64,000 nucleotides of DNA from Nitrospirota bacterium. GTDB taxonomy: Bacteria; Nitrospirota; UBA9217. How positions within the stretch are numbered: position 1 is the stretch's first letter; each line of letters opens with the position of its first letter. Positions 21,270-31,587 of the stretch are shown piece by piece. The notes under the pieces were generated by a model. The model made no database searches and was not told the origin of the DNA. It saw nothing but the letters and a program-made list of their open reading frames with translations. Both the position numbers and the translations under genes were made by a program. Location of the stretch: contig CAVUHW010000034.1 in assembly GCA_963741205.1 (NCBI GenBank), positions 145,710 to 209,709 of the forward strand, given 5' to 3'.

Positions 21270-21720
21270 AGACGAAGATAGGGGGATGGCGAGAGATACC
21301 GATCAATAACACGCTCAGGGAGACGCTGAATAAACTCTCTCGCAATTATACCGGTGAGAAGGAAGATAGGCAGCTTGTCCGTATGTGTTCCATGATCCGA
21401 AGACGTTCAATCCTTATGGCTCGGGAAGCACAGGTTCAATACTGCCGTCAAGAATGCCGGGATCAGATATTTACACTTCCACGACCTGAGACACACCTTT
21501 GCGAGTCTCGCTATGATGTCAGGCAAGATCGACATAGTGACGCTCTCGAAAATCCTGGGTCACAAGATCCTCAAGCAGACCATGAAGTACGCCCACCTTG
21601 CACCGGCACACTTACAGAAAGCAGTTTTTGTAATGGACGACGTGTACCGCGTGTCAACTGACACAAAACTGGCACAGTCAAATGAAAAAGGGTCAGTCAA
21701 TAATGACCAACCCTTTGAAA
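21270..21720 (+). pseudogene. Tyrosine recombinase/integrase C-terminal remnant
   Basis: KTKIGGWREIPINNTLRETL, then FHDLRHTFAS and LSKILGHKILKQTMKYAHL (HxxR, H and Y catalytic motifs) in broken frames. Confidence 0.88.
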
Positions 21721-21722
21721 AC

Positions 21723-21741
21723 TTGGTGGAGCTGAGGGGGA
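21723..21741 (-). repeat. att-like direct repeat of the tRNA-Ala 3' end
   Basis: ttggtggagctgaggggga is identical to 21891-21909. Confidence 0.85.
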
Positions 21742-21891
21742 AATCTCCTGCGCTTCGCTCCACGAGGGGACTGGTCCCCTCGTGTGCTCCCCTAAATCAT
21801 GAGGGAAATCCTTTCCCTCACACTCCCTTGGTTCGATCCCCCTCATGAAAATAAAAAAGGCCGGTCATGAATGACCAGCCTTTGTTTATTT

Positions 21892-21967
21892 TGGTGGAGC
21901 TGAGGGGGATCGAACCCCTGACCCCAAGACTGCCAGCCTTGTGCTCTCCCAGCTGAGCTACAGCCCC
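21892..21967 (-). tRNA. tRNA-Ala(GGC)
   Basis: GGGGCTG acceptor, anticodon arm CAAGG-CTGGCAG-TCTTG, TTCGA T-loop, encoded CCA. Confidence 0.97.
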
Positions 21968-22312
21968 GAAAACTATCGTAAAACAGGAGCTTAATGTAAC
22001 ATCACGAACTGTCGTTGTCAAGAAAAAAGACAGGTTTCGTGCGTTCATGTACAGCCTTTCCTGGAGTAGACACAGTCGCAATGAAGCAATCACGAGACAC
22101 AAAGGGGCAGGAACGGATGAACATCTGAGTGAGAGGGAAAATATTTCATGTGCTCCATCGGTTTCTATTCTAGTAGCAGCAGATGATGTTGTAAAGGTAT
22201 TTGTGTATCTTCATGATGGGCCTTGCAGAAAATCTATTTTGCAAAATAATGAATTTATGCTATAAAACCATGACCCGGGAAAGAGAACACGGATCGACCG
22301 GTCAGGAGGATT

Positions 22313-22891
22313 ATGATGAAAGTCATCGCATTCAACGGTAGCGCCCGCAAAGAGGGGAACACGGCCATCCTCTTGAACCTGGTGCTCGGCGAACTCAAGG
22401 CGGAGGGCATCGGGACCGAGCTGTATTCGCTCGCCGGAAAGCCGGTCCAGGGCTGCATTGCCTGCATGAAGTGTTTTGAAAAGAAAGACCGGCGCTGCGC
22501 CGTGGAAAAGGACGTCATCAATGAATGCATCGAGAAAATGGCCGAGGCCGACGGTATCCTGCTCGGATCGCCGACCTACTTTGCCGACGTGTCCGCGAGC
22601 ATGAAGGCGCTGATCGAGCGGTGCGGCATGGTGGGAAAGGCGAACAACGACCTGTACAAGCGCAAGGTCGGGGCGGCCGTCGTGGCGGTCAGGCGCGCGG
22701 GCGGCATCCACGTCTTCAATTCGCTCAATTATTTTTTCTCCATCAATGAGATGATCATTCCGGGATCGAGCTACTGGAACCTCGGAATCGGCCGCCAGCC
22801 AGGCGAGGTGAACAGCGACGCGGAAGGCGTGCAGACCATGAAGGACCTTGGCAAGAATATGGCGTGGCTGATGAAGAAACTGCATGGATGA
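22313..22891 (+). CDS. Iron-sulfur flavoprotein (flavodoxin-like, Isf family)
   Basis: FNGSARKEGNT, CIACMKC.....C, GSPTYF, RRAGG, IIPGSSYWN. Confidence 0.9.
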   Translation: MMKVIAFNGSARKEGNTAILLNLVLGELKAEGIGTELYSLAGKPVQGCIACMKCFEKKDRRCAVEKDVINECIEKMAEADGILLGSPTYFADVSASMKALIERCGMVGKANNDLYKRKVGAAVVAVRRAGGIHVFNSLNYFFSINEMIIPGSSYWNLGIGRQPGEVNSDAEGVQTMKDLGKNMAWLMKKLHG

Positions 22892-23110
22892 CCGGCAGGC
22901 GGGTCGGCATCATTCCACCTTGAACTCGCGCTGAAAGAGTTGACTTTGACCGATAAATAGGGTTTAATAGGGGTGATCGCGTTTTATTTTCTTGACCCGA
23001 TATCGTAACGCATTTCAGGAAAGCGTTCTCAATAGTGTCGGAAAGCGACGTCGCGAGGCTTCCTGGAACGCGTATTTCCGGCAGACCCGGTGAAGGGGGG
23101 AAATATTACA

Positions 23111-23905
23111 ATGAAGCGAACACTCTTGTTCATGATTGTCATTCTTATGGTGGCCGGCGCCGCCATGGGTCAGACGGGCGTCAAAAAGAAGAGGCAGCTC
23201 CCGTCTGATTACGGCAAGGTCGTCCTGAATAATTATTCGGAAAAAGCGGGCCTCGCCCCGGTCGTGTTCGATCATTGGCTTCATCGGTCGAGATTCACCT
23301 GCAGGCTCTGCCACGTGGACATCGCGTTTGGCATGAAGGCGGGCACCACGGGCATCACCGCCGCGGACAACATGAGCGGCGTCTACTGCGGGGCCTGCCA
23401 TAACGGCAAGAACACGTTCGAAGGCAAGAAGATCTTTGAAGCGTGCTCAAAAACGCATCCGAAGGAAGACACCAAAAGATGCGAACGGTGCCACTCGCTG
23501 GGGAAAAACGTTAAGCGGGAGTACGATTTCGCAAAGTTTACGGAACGGTTTCCAAAAGAGCGTTTCGGCAACGGGATAAACTGGGAAAAGGCCGAGGAAG
23601 ACGGGATCATCAAACTCATGGACTTCCTGGAGGGAGTATCAGTCCGCAGAAAAAGTCTCGCTTCTCCGAAAGACCTGGCCGTCAAGCCCAAGCAGGCGGA
23701 GATGCCCGAAATCATTTTCTCCCACACGAAGCACGCCGTCTGGAACGGATGCGAACTTTGTCACCCGGATATCTTCGGTATTAAAACAGGGGCGACCAAA
23801 TATTCTATGACTGAGATTTTCGAAGGCCGGTACTGCGGCGCCTGCCATGACAAAGTAGCCTTTCCCAATCTCGATTGTCAGAGATGTCATACCAAACCCG
23901 TTTAG
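23111..23905 (+). CDS. Periplasmic hexaheme cytochrome c (two c7-type triheme domains)
   Basis: Signal peptide; CRLCH, CGACH, CERCH, CELCH, CGACH, CQRCH; FDHWLH and FSHTKH axial His motifs. Confidence 0.9.
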   Translation: MKRTLLFMIVILMVAGAAMGQTGVKKKRQLPSDYGKVVLNNYSEKAGLAPVVFDHWLHRSRFTCRLCHVDIAFGMKAGTTGITAADNMSGVYCGACHNGKNTFEGKKIFEACSKTHPKEDTKRCERCHSLGKNVKREYDFAKFTERFPKERFGNGINWEKAEEDGIIKLMDFLEGVSVRRKSLASPKDLAVKPKQAEMPEIIFSHTKHAVWNGCELCHPDIFGIKTGATKYSMTEIFEGRYCGACHDKVAFPNLDCQRCHTKPV

Positions 23906-23976
23906 GCTGTGTTAAGGCGGGATGTCGGGAAGCAATGACTATGTCTGCTTTCCCGGTTTTAGAGAAAGGAGCCGTC

Positions 23977-24306
23977 GTGAACAATAACTTGTTTCGTTCA
24001 GTCGTTATCTTCGTTGCCATCTTTGCATCTGCCGCACTCCTGATGTCCGGGAACGCGCCGTCTTTGTCGCCGGGATCGGCGTATGCGCAAGATGACTGGC
24101 GGAAGGAATTTGACGACGTCTGCGCGAGAACCCAGGACGCCGATGCGTTCAGCACCGAGGAGCTGAAGGAAATTATCGACCGGTGCGATGCGTTAAAACC
24201 CCGCATCGAAAAAATTGAGGAGTCGCAGCGCAAGGTGGCGCTGAAAAGGCTCAAGATGTGCAGGGACCTGTATGTCTTTGTACTGCAGGCAAAGGAGAAC
24301 CATTGA
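23977..24306 (+). CDS. Small exported helical protein with three Cys
   Basis: Signal peptide (AYA), WRKEFDDVCA..D, RCD.L, KMCRDLY. AAGGAG RBS. Confidence 0.7.
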   Translation: MNNNLFRSVVIFVAIFASAALLMSGNAPSLSPGSAYAQDDWRKEFDDVCARTQDADAFSTEELKEIIDRCDALKPRIEKIEESQRKVALKRLKMCRDLYVFVLQAKENH

Positions 24307-24309
24307 CCG

Positions 24310-25117
24310 ATGCGGAACATCGTACTCTTGACGCTGCTGGCCTTCTTGTTTCTGGTACGCGCCGTTCCGTCGGCGGCATGGGTCATGCCGGCGCCGCAGG
24401 ACTACGGCCTGGTGATCATTGACAACTTTTCCGGTAAGGCCGGGCTTGCGCCGGTGCGTTTCGATCACTGGCTCCACCGGGCGATCTACACCTGCAGGCT
24501 TTGCCATGTCGACATCGGTTTCGCGATGGAGGCGAACGGAACAAAGATCACGGCCGATGCGAACAGCAAGGGATTTTACTGCGGGGCATGCCACGACGGA
24601 ACGCGGATCTATAACGACAAGAAGATCTTCGCCTCCTGCACGGCGGGCCCGGCAAAACCCGGAGAGGCAGAAACGTGCATACGATGCCATTTCGTCGGTA
24701 AAAAAGACGGAGAAAAACAAGAGTACGACTACGCGACGTTCACGGCGAAATTTCCTAAACGAAACTTCGGGAAACTCATTGACTGGGAAAAAGCCGAGTC
24801 CGAGCGGCTTATTCAGCCCGTTGATTTCCTCGAAGGAGTGTCCTTCCAGCGGCGTGCGCTCAAGGCACAGAAAGATTTTTCCATCACGTCAAAGAGCACG
24901 TGGATGCCGGACATTATCTTCTCCCATAAGAAGCATGTTATTTGGAACGGCTGCGAGGTATGCCACCCCGATATTTTCCCCAGCGTCAAGAAAGGGGCGG
25001 TCAAATATACCATGCTTGAAATAGTCAGGGGGCCAGTACTGCGGCGTCTGCCACAACCGCGTCGCCTTTCCCTTGGATGACTGCGACCGGTGCCATAGAA
25101 ACCCCGTCGTGAAGTAG
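24310..25117 (+). CDS. Second hexaheme c7-type cytochrome, paralog of 23111-23905 (3' frameshift)
   Basis: CRLCH, CGACH, CIRCH, CEVCH, then CGVCH and CDRCH in the shifted frame ending at TAG 25117. Confidence 0.88.
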
Positions 25118-25203
25118 CTTTCCTGTCGCAGAGACTTCCGCGGCAAAAAGTGCTTGACTTCATCGCGGCAGTTAGAGTATTGTAACATGCGTTACGGCAA
25201 TTC

Positions 25204-25323
25204 TCTTTAAGTCTGGTCCTGTGAGGCCAGGAAGGGTTTAGGATGAAAAACTTAACAGCGGAAACACGCTTATCATGTTTACACGGACCTTCTTTCCGAA
25301 ATTACGGGAAGAAGGTTTTTTTG
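25204..25323 (+). promoter_or_regulatory. PyrR-binding RNA and attenuator terminator of the pyr operon
   Basis: ctttaa-gtctggTCCTGTGAGGccaggaagg matches the PyrR loop. Terminator accttctttccg-aaatta-cgggaagaaggt-tttttt at about 25288-25322. Confidence 0.88.
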
Positions 25324-25367
25324 CGTCTTTCGCAGGCAAATGCTCGGTGAATACAGGAGTTTATGAA

Positions 25368-25910
25368 ATGAGTATCAAAGAAAAGGCCCTGATCCTGGAC
25401 AAGGCCGGAATCGACAGGGCGCTCACCAGGATCGCGCACGAAATTCTGGAAAAGAACAAGGGAGCGAAAGACATCGTGCTTGTCGGCATCCAGCGGGGCG
25501 GCGTACACCTGGCAAAGCGCATTGCTGCACGGATCAGGGAGATAGAAGGCGCGGAGCCGCCGATGGGCAGCCTTGACATTACCATGTACCGGGACGACCT
25601 GGCGACGCGCAAGTCCCAGGCCGCGCCGCAGGCCACGGACATCGTTTTCGATATCCAGGAGAAGATCATGGTGCTCGTGGACGATGTCCTCTTTACCGGC
25701 AGGACCATACGGGCGGCGCTGAACAGCATCATGGATTACGGCAGGCCGCGCAGCATCCAGCTCGCGGTCCTCGTGGACCGCGGACACCGGGAGCTCCCGA
25801 TCCGCGCCGATTATGTCGGTAAAAACCTTCCGACCTCGGCAAAAGAAAAGGTGGAAGTGATGCTTGCCGAGGACGGCAGGGAAGAGAAGGTTGTTATCCT
25901 GGGAGAGTGA
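25368..25910 (+). CDS. pyrR: Pyrimidine operon regulator / uracil phosphoribosyltransferase
   Basis: [53 protein letters not shown]. Confidence 0.97.
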   Translation: MSIKEKALILDKAGIDRALTRIAHEILEKNKGAKDIVLVGIQRGGVHLAKRIAARIREIEGAEPPMGSLDITMYRDDLATRKSQAAPQATDIVFDIQEKIMVLVDDVLFTGRTIRAALNSIMDYGRPRSIQLAVLVDRGHRELPIRADYVGKNLPTSAKEKVEVMLAEDGREEKVVILGE

Positions 25911-25924
25911 ATCGAAGAGGAATA

Positions 25925-26017
25925 CGCATTGATGCAGAAGCGCAATAGAGCATACGGCATGCAGCAAGGAAAGTGCATGAACGTAACGCTATGCGCTTAG
26001 CGCCATGCTCTTCTGCG
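25925..26017. repeat. Inverted heptamer array (gcatag/ctatgc type)
   Basis: gcaatagagcatacggcatg ... gctatgcgcttagcgccatgc; same type at 26996-27058 and 40876-41000. Confidence 0.65.
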
Positions 26018-26031
26018 AGTTAGGTACAATC

Positions 26032-26962
26032 ATGGCTTTAGCCTCCAAAGACCTGCTCGGCATAAAAGATATGACTGCCGATGAGATCACGCTCATCCTC
26101 GATACGGCGGCGACATTCAAGGACGTTTCGGAGCGGGACATCAAGAAGGTGCCGACGCTCCGCGGCAAGACCGTGATCAACCTGTTTTATGAAGCGAGCA
26201 CGCGGACGCGGACGTCGTTCGAACTTGCGGGCAAGCGGTTATCCGCCGACGTGATCAACATCTCGACCTCAACCAGCAGCGCGACAAAAGGCGAAACGCT
26301 GCTCGATACAGCCAGGAATATTGAAGCCATGAAAAGCGATATGATCATCGTCCGCCACTCCTGTTCGGGCGCTCCGGAGTACCTTGCCACGAAAGCTCAA
26401 GAGCTCGGTGATCAACGCGGGTGACGGTTTCCACGAGCACCCGACCCAGGCGCTCCTCGATATGTTCACGATCCGCGAAAAGCTCGGCAGGATAGAAGGG
26501 CTCAAAGTCGCGATCATCGGGGACATCCTGCACAGCCGCGTGGCCCGGTCGAACATCCACGGGCTAACGACCATGGGCGCGAAGGTGCGCGTCTGCGGAC
26601 CGCCGACCATGATCCCGCCGGGCATCGAATGCATGGGCGCAGAGGTCACGTACGACATGGACGCGGCAGTCGAGGGCGCCGATGTGGTCATGATGCTCCG
26701 GCTTCAGCTCGAGCGGCAGGCGGCCGGGCTCTTCCCGGGCGTCCGGGAGTACGCGAGTCTGTACGGGCTGAGCCGGGCACGCGTGGCGAAGGCCGCGGAC
26801 CATGCGCTCGTGATGCATCCGGGACCGATGAATAGAGGAGTTGAAATATCGTCCGACGTAGCCGACAGCACTCCGGTCATCCTCGATCAGGTCACGAACG
26901 GCGTGGCGGTCAGGATGGCGGTGATGTTCCTGCTGGCGGGGGGAACGAAGGCTGAGGCGTGA
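26032..26962 (+). CDS. pyrB: Aspartate carbamoyltransferase catalytic subunit (one frameshift)
   Basis: [52 protein letters not shown]. Confidence 0.97.
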
Positions 26963-27080
26963 AAGTTCGAATGCGGAATGCGGATTGCGCAATGAATACG
27001 CAAAGCGCATAGAGCATAGAGGTTAATCGCTTTGCGCTATGCACCATGCCCTATGAGCGGCGGGCTGAGTGGGATGCACT

Positions 27081-28343
27081 ATGAATATTCTCATTAAAAA
27101 CGGTCACGTGATCGATCCGGCGAACAAGGTTGACGGCAAGATCGACATCCTCGTATCCGGCGGGAAGATAGCCGAGCTCGGAAAGCCGGGCACGATCTCA
27201 GGCGATGGCGCCGAGATTATCGACGCCTCGGGGAAAATCATTGTTCCCGGCCTCATCGATATGCACGTGCATCTGCGCGAGCCCGGCTTTGAATATAAAG
27301 AGACGATTGCAACCGGAGCGGCCGCTGCAAAGGCGGGCGGGTTCACCGCGGTCTGCTGCATGCCGAACACGCAGCCGGTTAACGATAACCGGTCGGTCAC
27401 CGAATTCATCCTCGCCCAGGCCTCGAAAGCGGAAGCACTGGTATACCCTATCGGCGCCATCACCAAGGGGTCCATGGGCGAGGAACTATCCGAGATCGGC
27501 GAACTGTACGCCGCGGGATGTCGCGCGATTTCCGACGACGGCAAGCCTGTCACGAACTCGGCCGTCATGCGCCGTGCGCTGGAATACGCGAAGATATTCG
27601 ATATGCTCATTATCTCCCACTGCGAGGACGGCGCGCTCGCGGCAAAGGGCGTGATGAACGAAGGTGTCGTCTCGACTGAACTGGGGCTTCGGGGCATCCC
27701 CCGGGCCGCGGAGGACGTGATGACGGCGCGGGACATCTTTCTCGCCGAACTGACGGGCGGGAGGCTGCATATCGCCCATGTGAGCACGGCAGGCTCAGTC
27801 AGGCTTGTCCGAGACGCGAAGTCCCGCGGGGTACGGGTCACGGCGGAGACCTGCCCGCACTACTTTTCTTTGACCGAAGAGGCCGTACGGGGTTACAATA
27901 CCATGGCGAAAATGAACCCCCCGCTTAGGACCGCGGAAGACGTGGACGCGGTAAAAGAAGGCCTGCGGGACGGGACAATCGATGTGATCGCCACGGACCA
28001 TGCGCCCCATGCCCTTGATGAAAAGTCAGGCGAGTTCGACTATGCGCCCTTCGGGATCGTCGGACTGGAAACCGCCCTGGGCCTTACGTTCAAGCTCGTG
28101 GAGGAAGGTGTGCTGACGTTTGCCGAAGCGATCCGGAAAATGAGCATCAATCCGGCATCGATCCTCAAAATAAGCAAGGGCATGCTCTCCGAAGGATCGG
28201 ATGCGGACATCACGATCGTTGATCCGGATGCCGAATGGGTTGTGGATGCGTCTCAATTCAAGTCAAAATCGAAGAACACGCCGTTCCATGGATGGAAGCT
28301 CAAAGGGAGAGCGGTGAGGACGATCGTGGGGGGGCGGCTTTAG
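27081..28343 (+). CDS. pyrC: Dihydroorotase
   Basis: [43 protein letters not shown]. Confidence 0.96.
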   Translation: MNILIKNGHVIDPANKVDGKIDILVSGGKIAELGKPGTISGDGAEIIDASGKIIVPGLIDMHVHLREPGFEYKETIATGAAAAKAGGFTAVCCMPNTQPVNDNRSVTEFILAQASKAEALVYPIGAITKGSMGEELSEIGELYAAGCRAISDDGKPVTNSAVMRRALEYAKIFDMLIISHCEDGALAAKGVMNEGVVSTELGLRGIPRAAEDVMTARDIFLAELTGGRLHIAHVSTAGSVRLVRDAKSRGVRVTAETCPHYFSLTEEAVRGYNTMAKMNPPLRTAEDVDAVKEGLRDGTIDVIATDHAPHALDEKSGEFDYAPFGIVGLETALGLTFKLVEEGVLTFAEAIRKMSINPASILKISKGMLSEGSDADITIVDPDAEWVVDASQFKSKSKNTPFHGWKLKGRAVRTIVGGRL

Positions 28344-29230
28344 TGCGGATTCCGGATTTCGGAGTGCGGAGTACTAAATTTGTTGTCATTGTTTCCCTCG
28401 TCCTGTTACTGGCGTCGGCTGCCTTCGCCGCTCAGGACCAGCAGATCCAGCAGAAGCTTGCGGCGCTCGGAAATATCCAGGGAAAGTTCAGCTTCATTGT
28501 CATCGGCGACAACCGGTCGGGCGATGAGGTCTACAAAAAGCTTGTTTCCATGATCGCGGAACGAAAACCGGACCTCGTCGTAAACACCGGCGACATGATC
28601 AAGACCCCGGGCAACAAACAGGAATGGGAAAAATTCTGGGAAATGTCGAAGCCCGTCACGGCGCCGTACTTCCTGACCGTCGGAAACCACGACGCATATG
28701 CGAAGGTGCCGCAGAGCGAGAAGATATACAAGCAGGAGGTCGACCTTCCCGGAAACGAACTGTATTACTCGTTCACAGTGGGAAACTCGCTTTTTATCGT
28801 TCTCGACTCTTATATTGCGGGCGAGGAAAGAAAGATCGCCGGCGAACAACTTGCATTGGCTTGAAGGGGTTCTCGCAAATTCCAACCGGAAGCACAACTT
28901 TGTCTTTCTTCATCATCCCCTCTATACCGATCCGGCGAAGGGCCATCACGCAAACGACAGCCTCGACAAGTATCCGGAAAGCCGGGACGAGCTTGGAGAC
29001 GCTCCTGGCGAAGTCGCAAGGTGGATGCGGTGTTCGCCGGCCATGAACATTATTATCAAAAAACGACCGTTGACGGCATCCTGCACATCATCACCGGCGG
29101 CGGCGGGGCCCCGATGTATGACCGGGAAGAGGATGGCGGATTCAATCACTTTGTCAGGGTGACGGTGGACGGGGACCGGGTGAGCGGGGAAGTCATAGAT
29201 ATAAACGGAAAGGTAAGGGACAGGTTTTGA
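28343..29230 (+). CDS. Exported calcineurin-like metallophosphoesterase (frameshifts)
   Basis: Signal peptide; GDNR, NTGD, GNHD, HHPLY, FAGHEH, ITGGGGAP. Confidence 0.88.
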
Positions 29231-29245
29231 ACGCGATTGCGGACC

Positions 29246-29329
29246 ACCCCTCACCCAGCCCTCTCCCCTGAGAGGAGAGGGTGAACAAACGCTTCCTCTC
29301 CCCTTGGGAGAGGATCGAGGTGAGGGGGA
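29246..29329. repeat. Palindromic repeat, family B
   Basis: cccctcacccagccctctcccctgagaggagaggg ... cctctccccttgggagaggatcgaggtgaggggg. Confidence 0.78.
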
Positions 29330-29355
29330 GTCATCGAATGGGAGAGATGGCTGAT

Positions 29356-30501
29356 ATGAAAAAAGCGGTTCTTGCATTGGCTGACGGATTGGTGTTCGAA
29401 GGGGATTCCTTCGGGGCCGAGGGAGAGACTTCCGGCGAGATCGTATTCAATACGAGCATGACGGGGTACCAGGAGATCCTGACGGACCCTTCCTACAAAG
29501 GCCAGATCGTCACCATGACCTACCCCCAGATCGGCAATTACGGCGTGAACGACGAGGACGTGGAGTCAGGCAGACCTTATGTCGAGGGGTTCATCGTCAA
29601 GGAATATCTCGATATCCCGAGCAACTGGCGCATGAAAAAAACACTCCATCAGTATCTGGCGGAACACGGCATCGTCGGGCATCCAGGGGATCGATACCCG
29701 GGCGCTTACCCGTCACCTTCGCGATTTCGGCGCACAGCCGGGAGTGATCTCGACCAAAGACATCGAAACCGGAGAGCCTGGTGGCCAAGGCGCAAGCCCT
29801 CCCGAAGATGAGCGGCCTCGATCTTGCGAAGGACGTGACCTGCAAAGAGCCCTACCACTGGGACCAGGGAGACTGGGACATTGCCTGCGGCTACGGGTAG
29901 AAGCCTTCGTCCCGCTACAAGGTCGTGGCCTATGATTACGGCATCAAGCGAAACATCCTCCGGCTCCTGACCCAGGCATGCTGCGATGTGACCGTCGTGC
30001 CCGCGACCATGCCGGCCGAAGAGGTCCTCAAGATGAACCCCGACGGAGTGTTCCTGTCGAACGGGCCCGGGGACCCCGAGCCGGTGACCTATGCCAGTAG
30101 AGAACATCAGGAAGATCCTGGGCAAGAAGCCCGTCTTCGGGATCTGCCTCGGCCAGCAGCTCCTGGGCCTGGCGCTCGGCGGGAGGACCTACAAACTCAA
30201 ATTCGGCCATCACGGCGGGAACCAGCCGATCATGGACCTGACAACACGCAAGGTCGAGATCGCTGCTGAAAACCACGGGTTTGCCGTGGACATGGAGACC
30301 GTGAAGGACCAGGTCGTCTTGACCCACGTTAACCTGAACGACAACACCTGCGAGGGGTTCCAGCACAAGACCCTGCCGGCGTTTTCGGTGCAGTACCATC
30401 CCGAGGCGTCGCCCGGACCGCACGACAGCAGGTATTTGTTCCAGCGCTTCATCGATATGATGGAGAAACATAAGACATTAACCACGGAGACACTAAGATA
30501 A
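29356..30501 (+). CDS. carA: Carbamoyl-phosphate synthase small subunit (frameshifts and one in-frame TAG)
   Basis: [56 protein letters not shown]. Confidence 0.96.
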
Positions 30502-30516
30502 ATACAATGAGGTTAG

Positions 30517-30598
30517 ACCCATCCCCCTCTCAATCTCGCCCTTGAAGGGGCAGTGAAATTTTCCGTCCCCTTCAAGGGATGGTAAGGGTGAGGATGGG
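30517..30598. repeat. Palindromic repeat, family B variant
   Basis: cccatccccctc...cccttgaagggg ... ccccttcaaggg...ggtgaggatggg. Confidence 0.7.
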
Positions 30599-30614
30599 TA
30601 TTGAGCGGTTTTAC

Positions 30615-31570
30615 ATGGTTTCAACGCTTTCAAACACAGAATTACAGAATCGCATCGACGCGGCCTATAAACTGCTCGAATCCTGCCGCGTCTGCCCCCG
30701 CGAGTGCGGGGTGAACCGCTTGCAAAACGACAAGCTCGGTTTCTGCAGGTCCGGCCTGAACCCGATCGTATCGAGCGCGAGTCCCCATCACGGCGAAGAG
30801 CCGCCGCTCTCGGGAACGAAAGGCTCCGGCACGATCTTCTTCACCAACTGCAATCTGCGGTGCGTGTACTGCCAGAACTATCCGATCAGTCAGACTCGGG
30901 AACGGCGCGGAGCGGACCCCGGCGGAGCTTGCCTGCCAGATGCTCTGGCTGCAGGAACAGGGATGCCACAATCTGAACCTCGTGACCCCGACGCATTTTA
31001 TGCCTCAGATACTGAAGGCGCTCGGCATCGCGCGGGAGCGCAGCTTCAACCTGCCCATCGTGTATAACACGAGCGGATACGAATCACTCGAGGCGCTCCG
31101 ATTGCTCGACGGGATCGTGGACATCTATATGCCGGACATGCGGTACTCGGAGGGCGGTATCGCCCGCCGGTACTCCGCGGCACCCGATTATCCTGATGCA
31201 AACCGTGCGGCGATCAAGGAAATGTACCGGCAGGTCGGCAACCTGGTTGTCGATAAACACGGCATTGCGAAGCGCGGTCTTATCATCCGCCACCTTGTCC
31301 TGCCCAACGGCCTGTCGGGCACTGAGAGTATTATGAAGTTCCTGGCTGAAGAGATTTCGAAAGATGTTTACATCAGCCTCATGTCCCAGTACTTCCCGGC
31401 ATACAAAGCGACTGACGATGAAAGAATTGTCGCGCAGGGTCACGGCAGAGGAGTATGAAGAGGCGTGCCGGATCATGCAGAAGTACGGGTTCGAAAACGG
31501 ATGGGTGCAGGAGCTACGACAGCTGACGCCGATTGCAAATTGTAAATTGAAATTGAATTGCATATTGTAA
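30615..31570 (+). CDS. Radical SAM protein, PflX-like (frameshifts)
   Basis: CRVCPRECGVNR, HHGEEPPLSG..GSGTIFF, CNLRCVYCQN (CxxxCxxC), NLVTPTH, IRHLVLP, SLMSQYFP. Confidence 0.88.
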
Positions 31571-31587
31571 AGTTGAGGAAGGGATAG

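Noticed and set aside
29898-29900. In-frame TAG in carA as pyrrolysine or stop-codon recoding
   Set aside because: A single case in a variable linker of an error-rich gene, and TAG is used as a normal stop elsewhere in the window.
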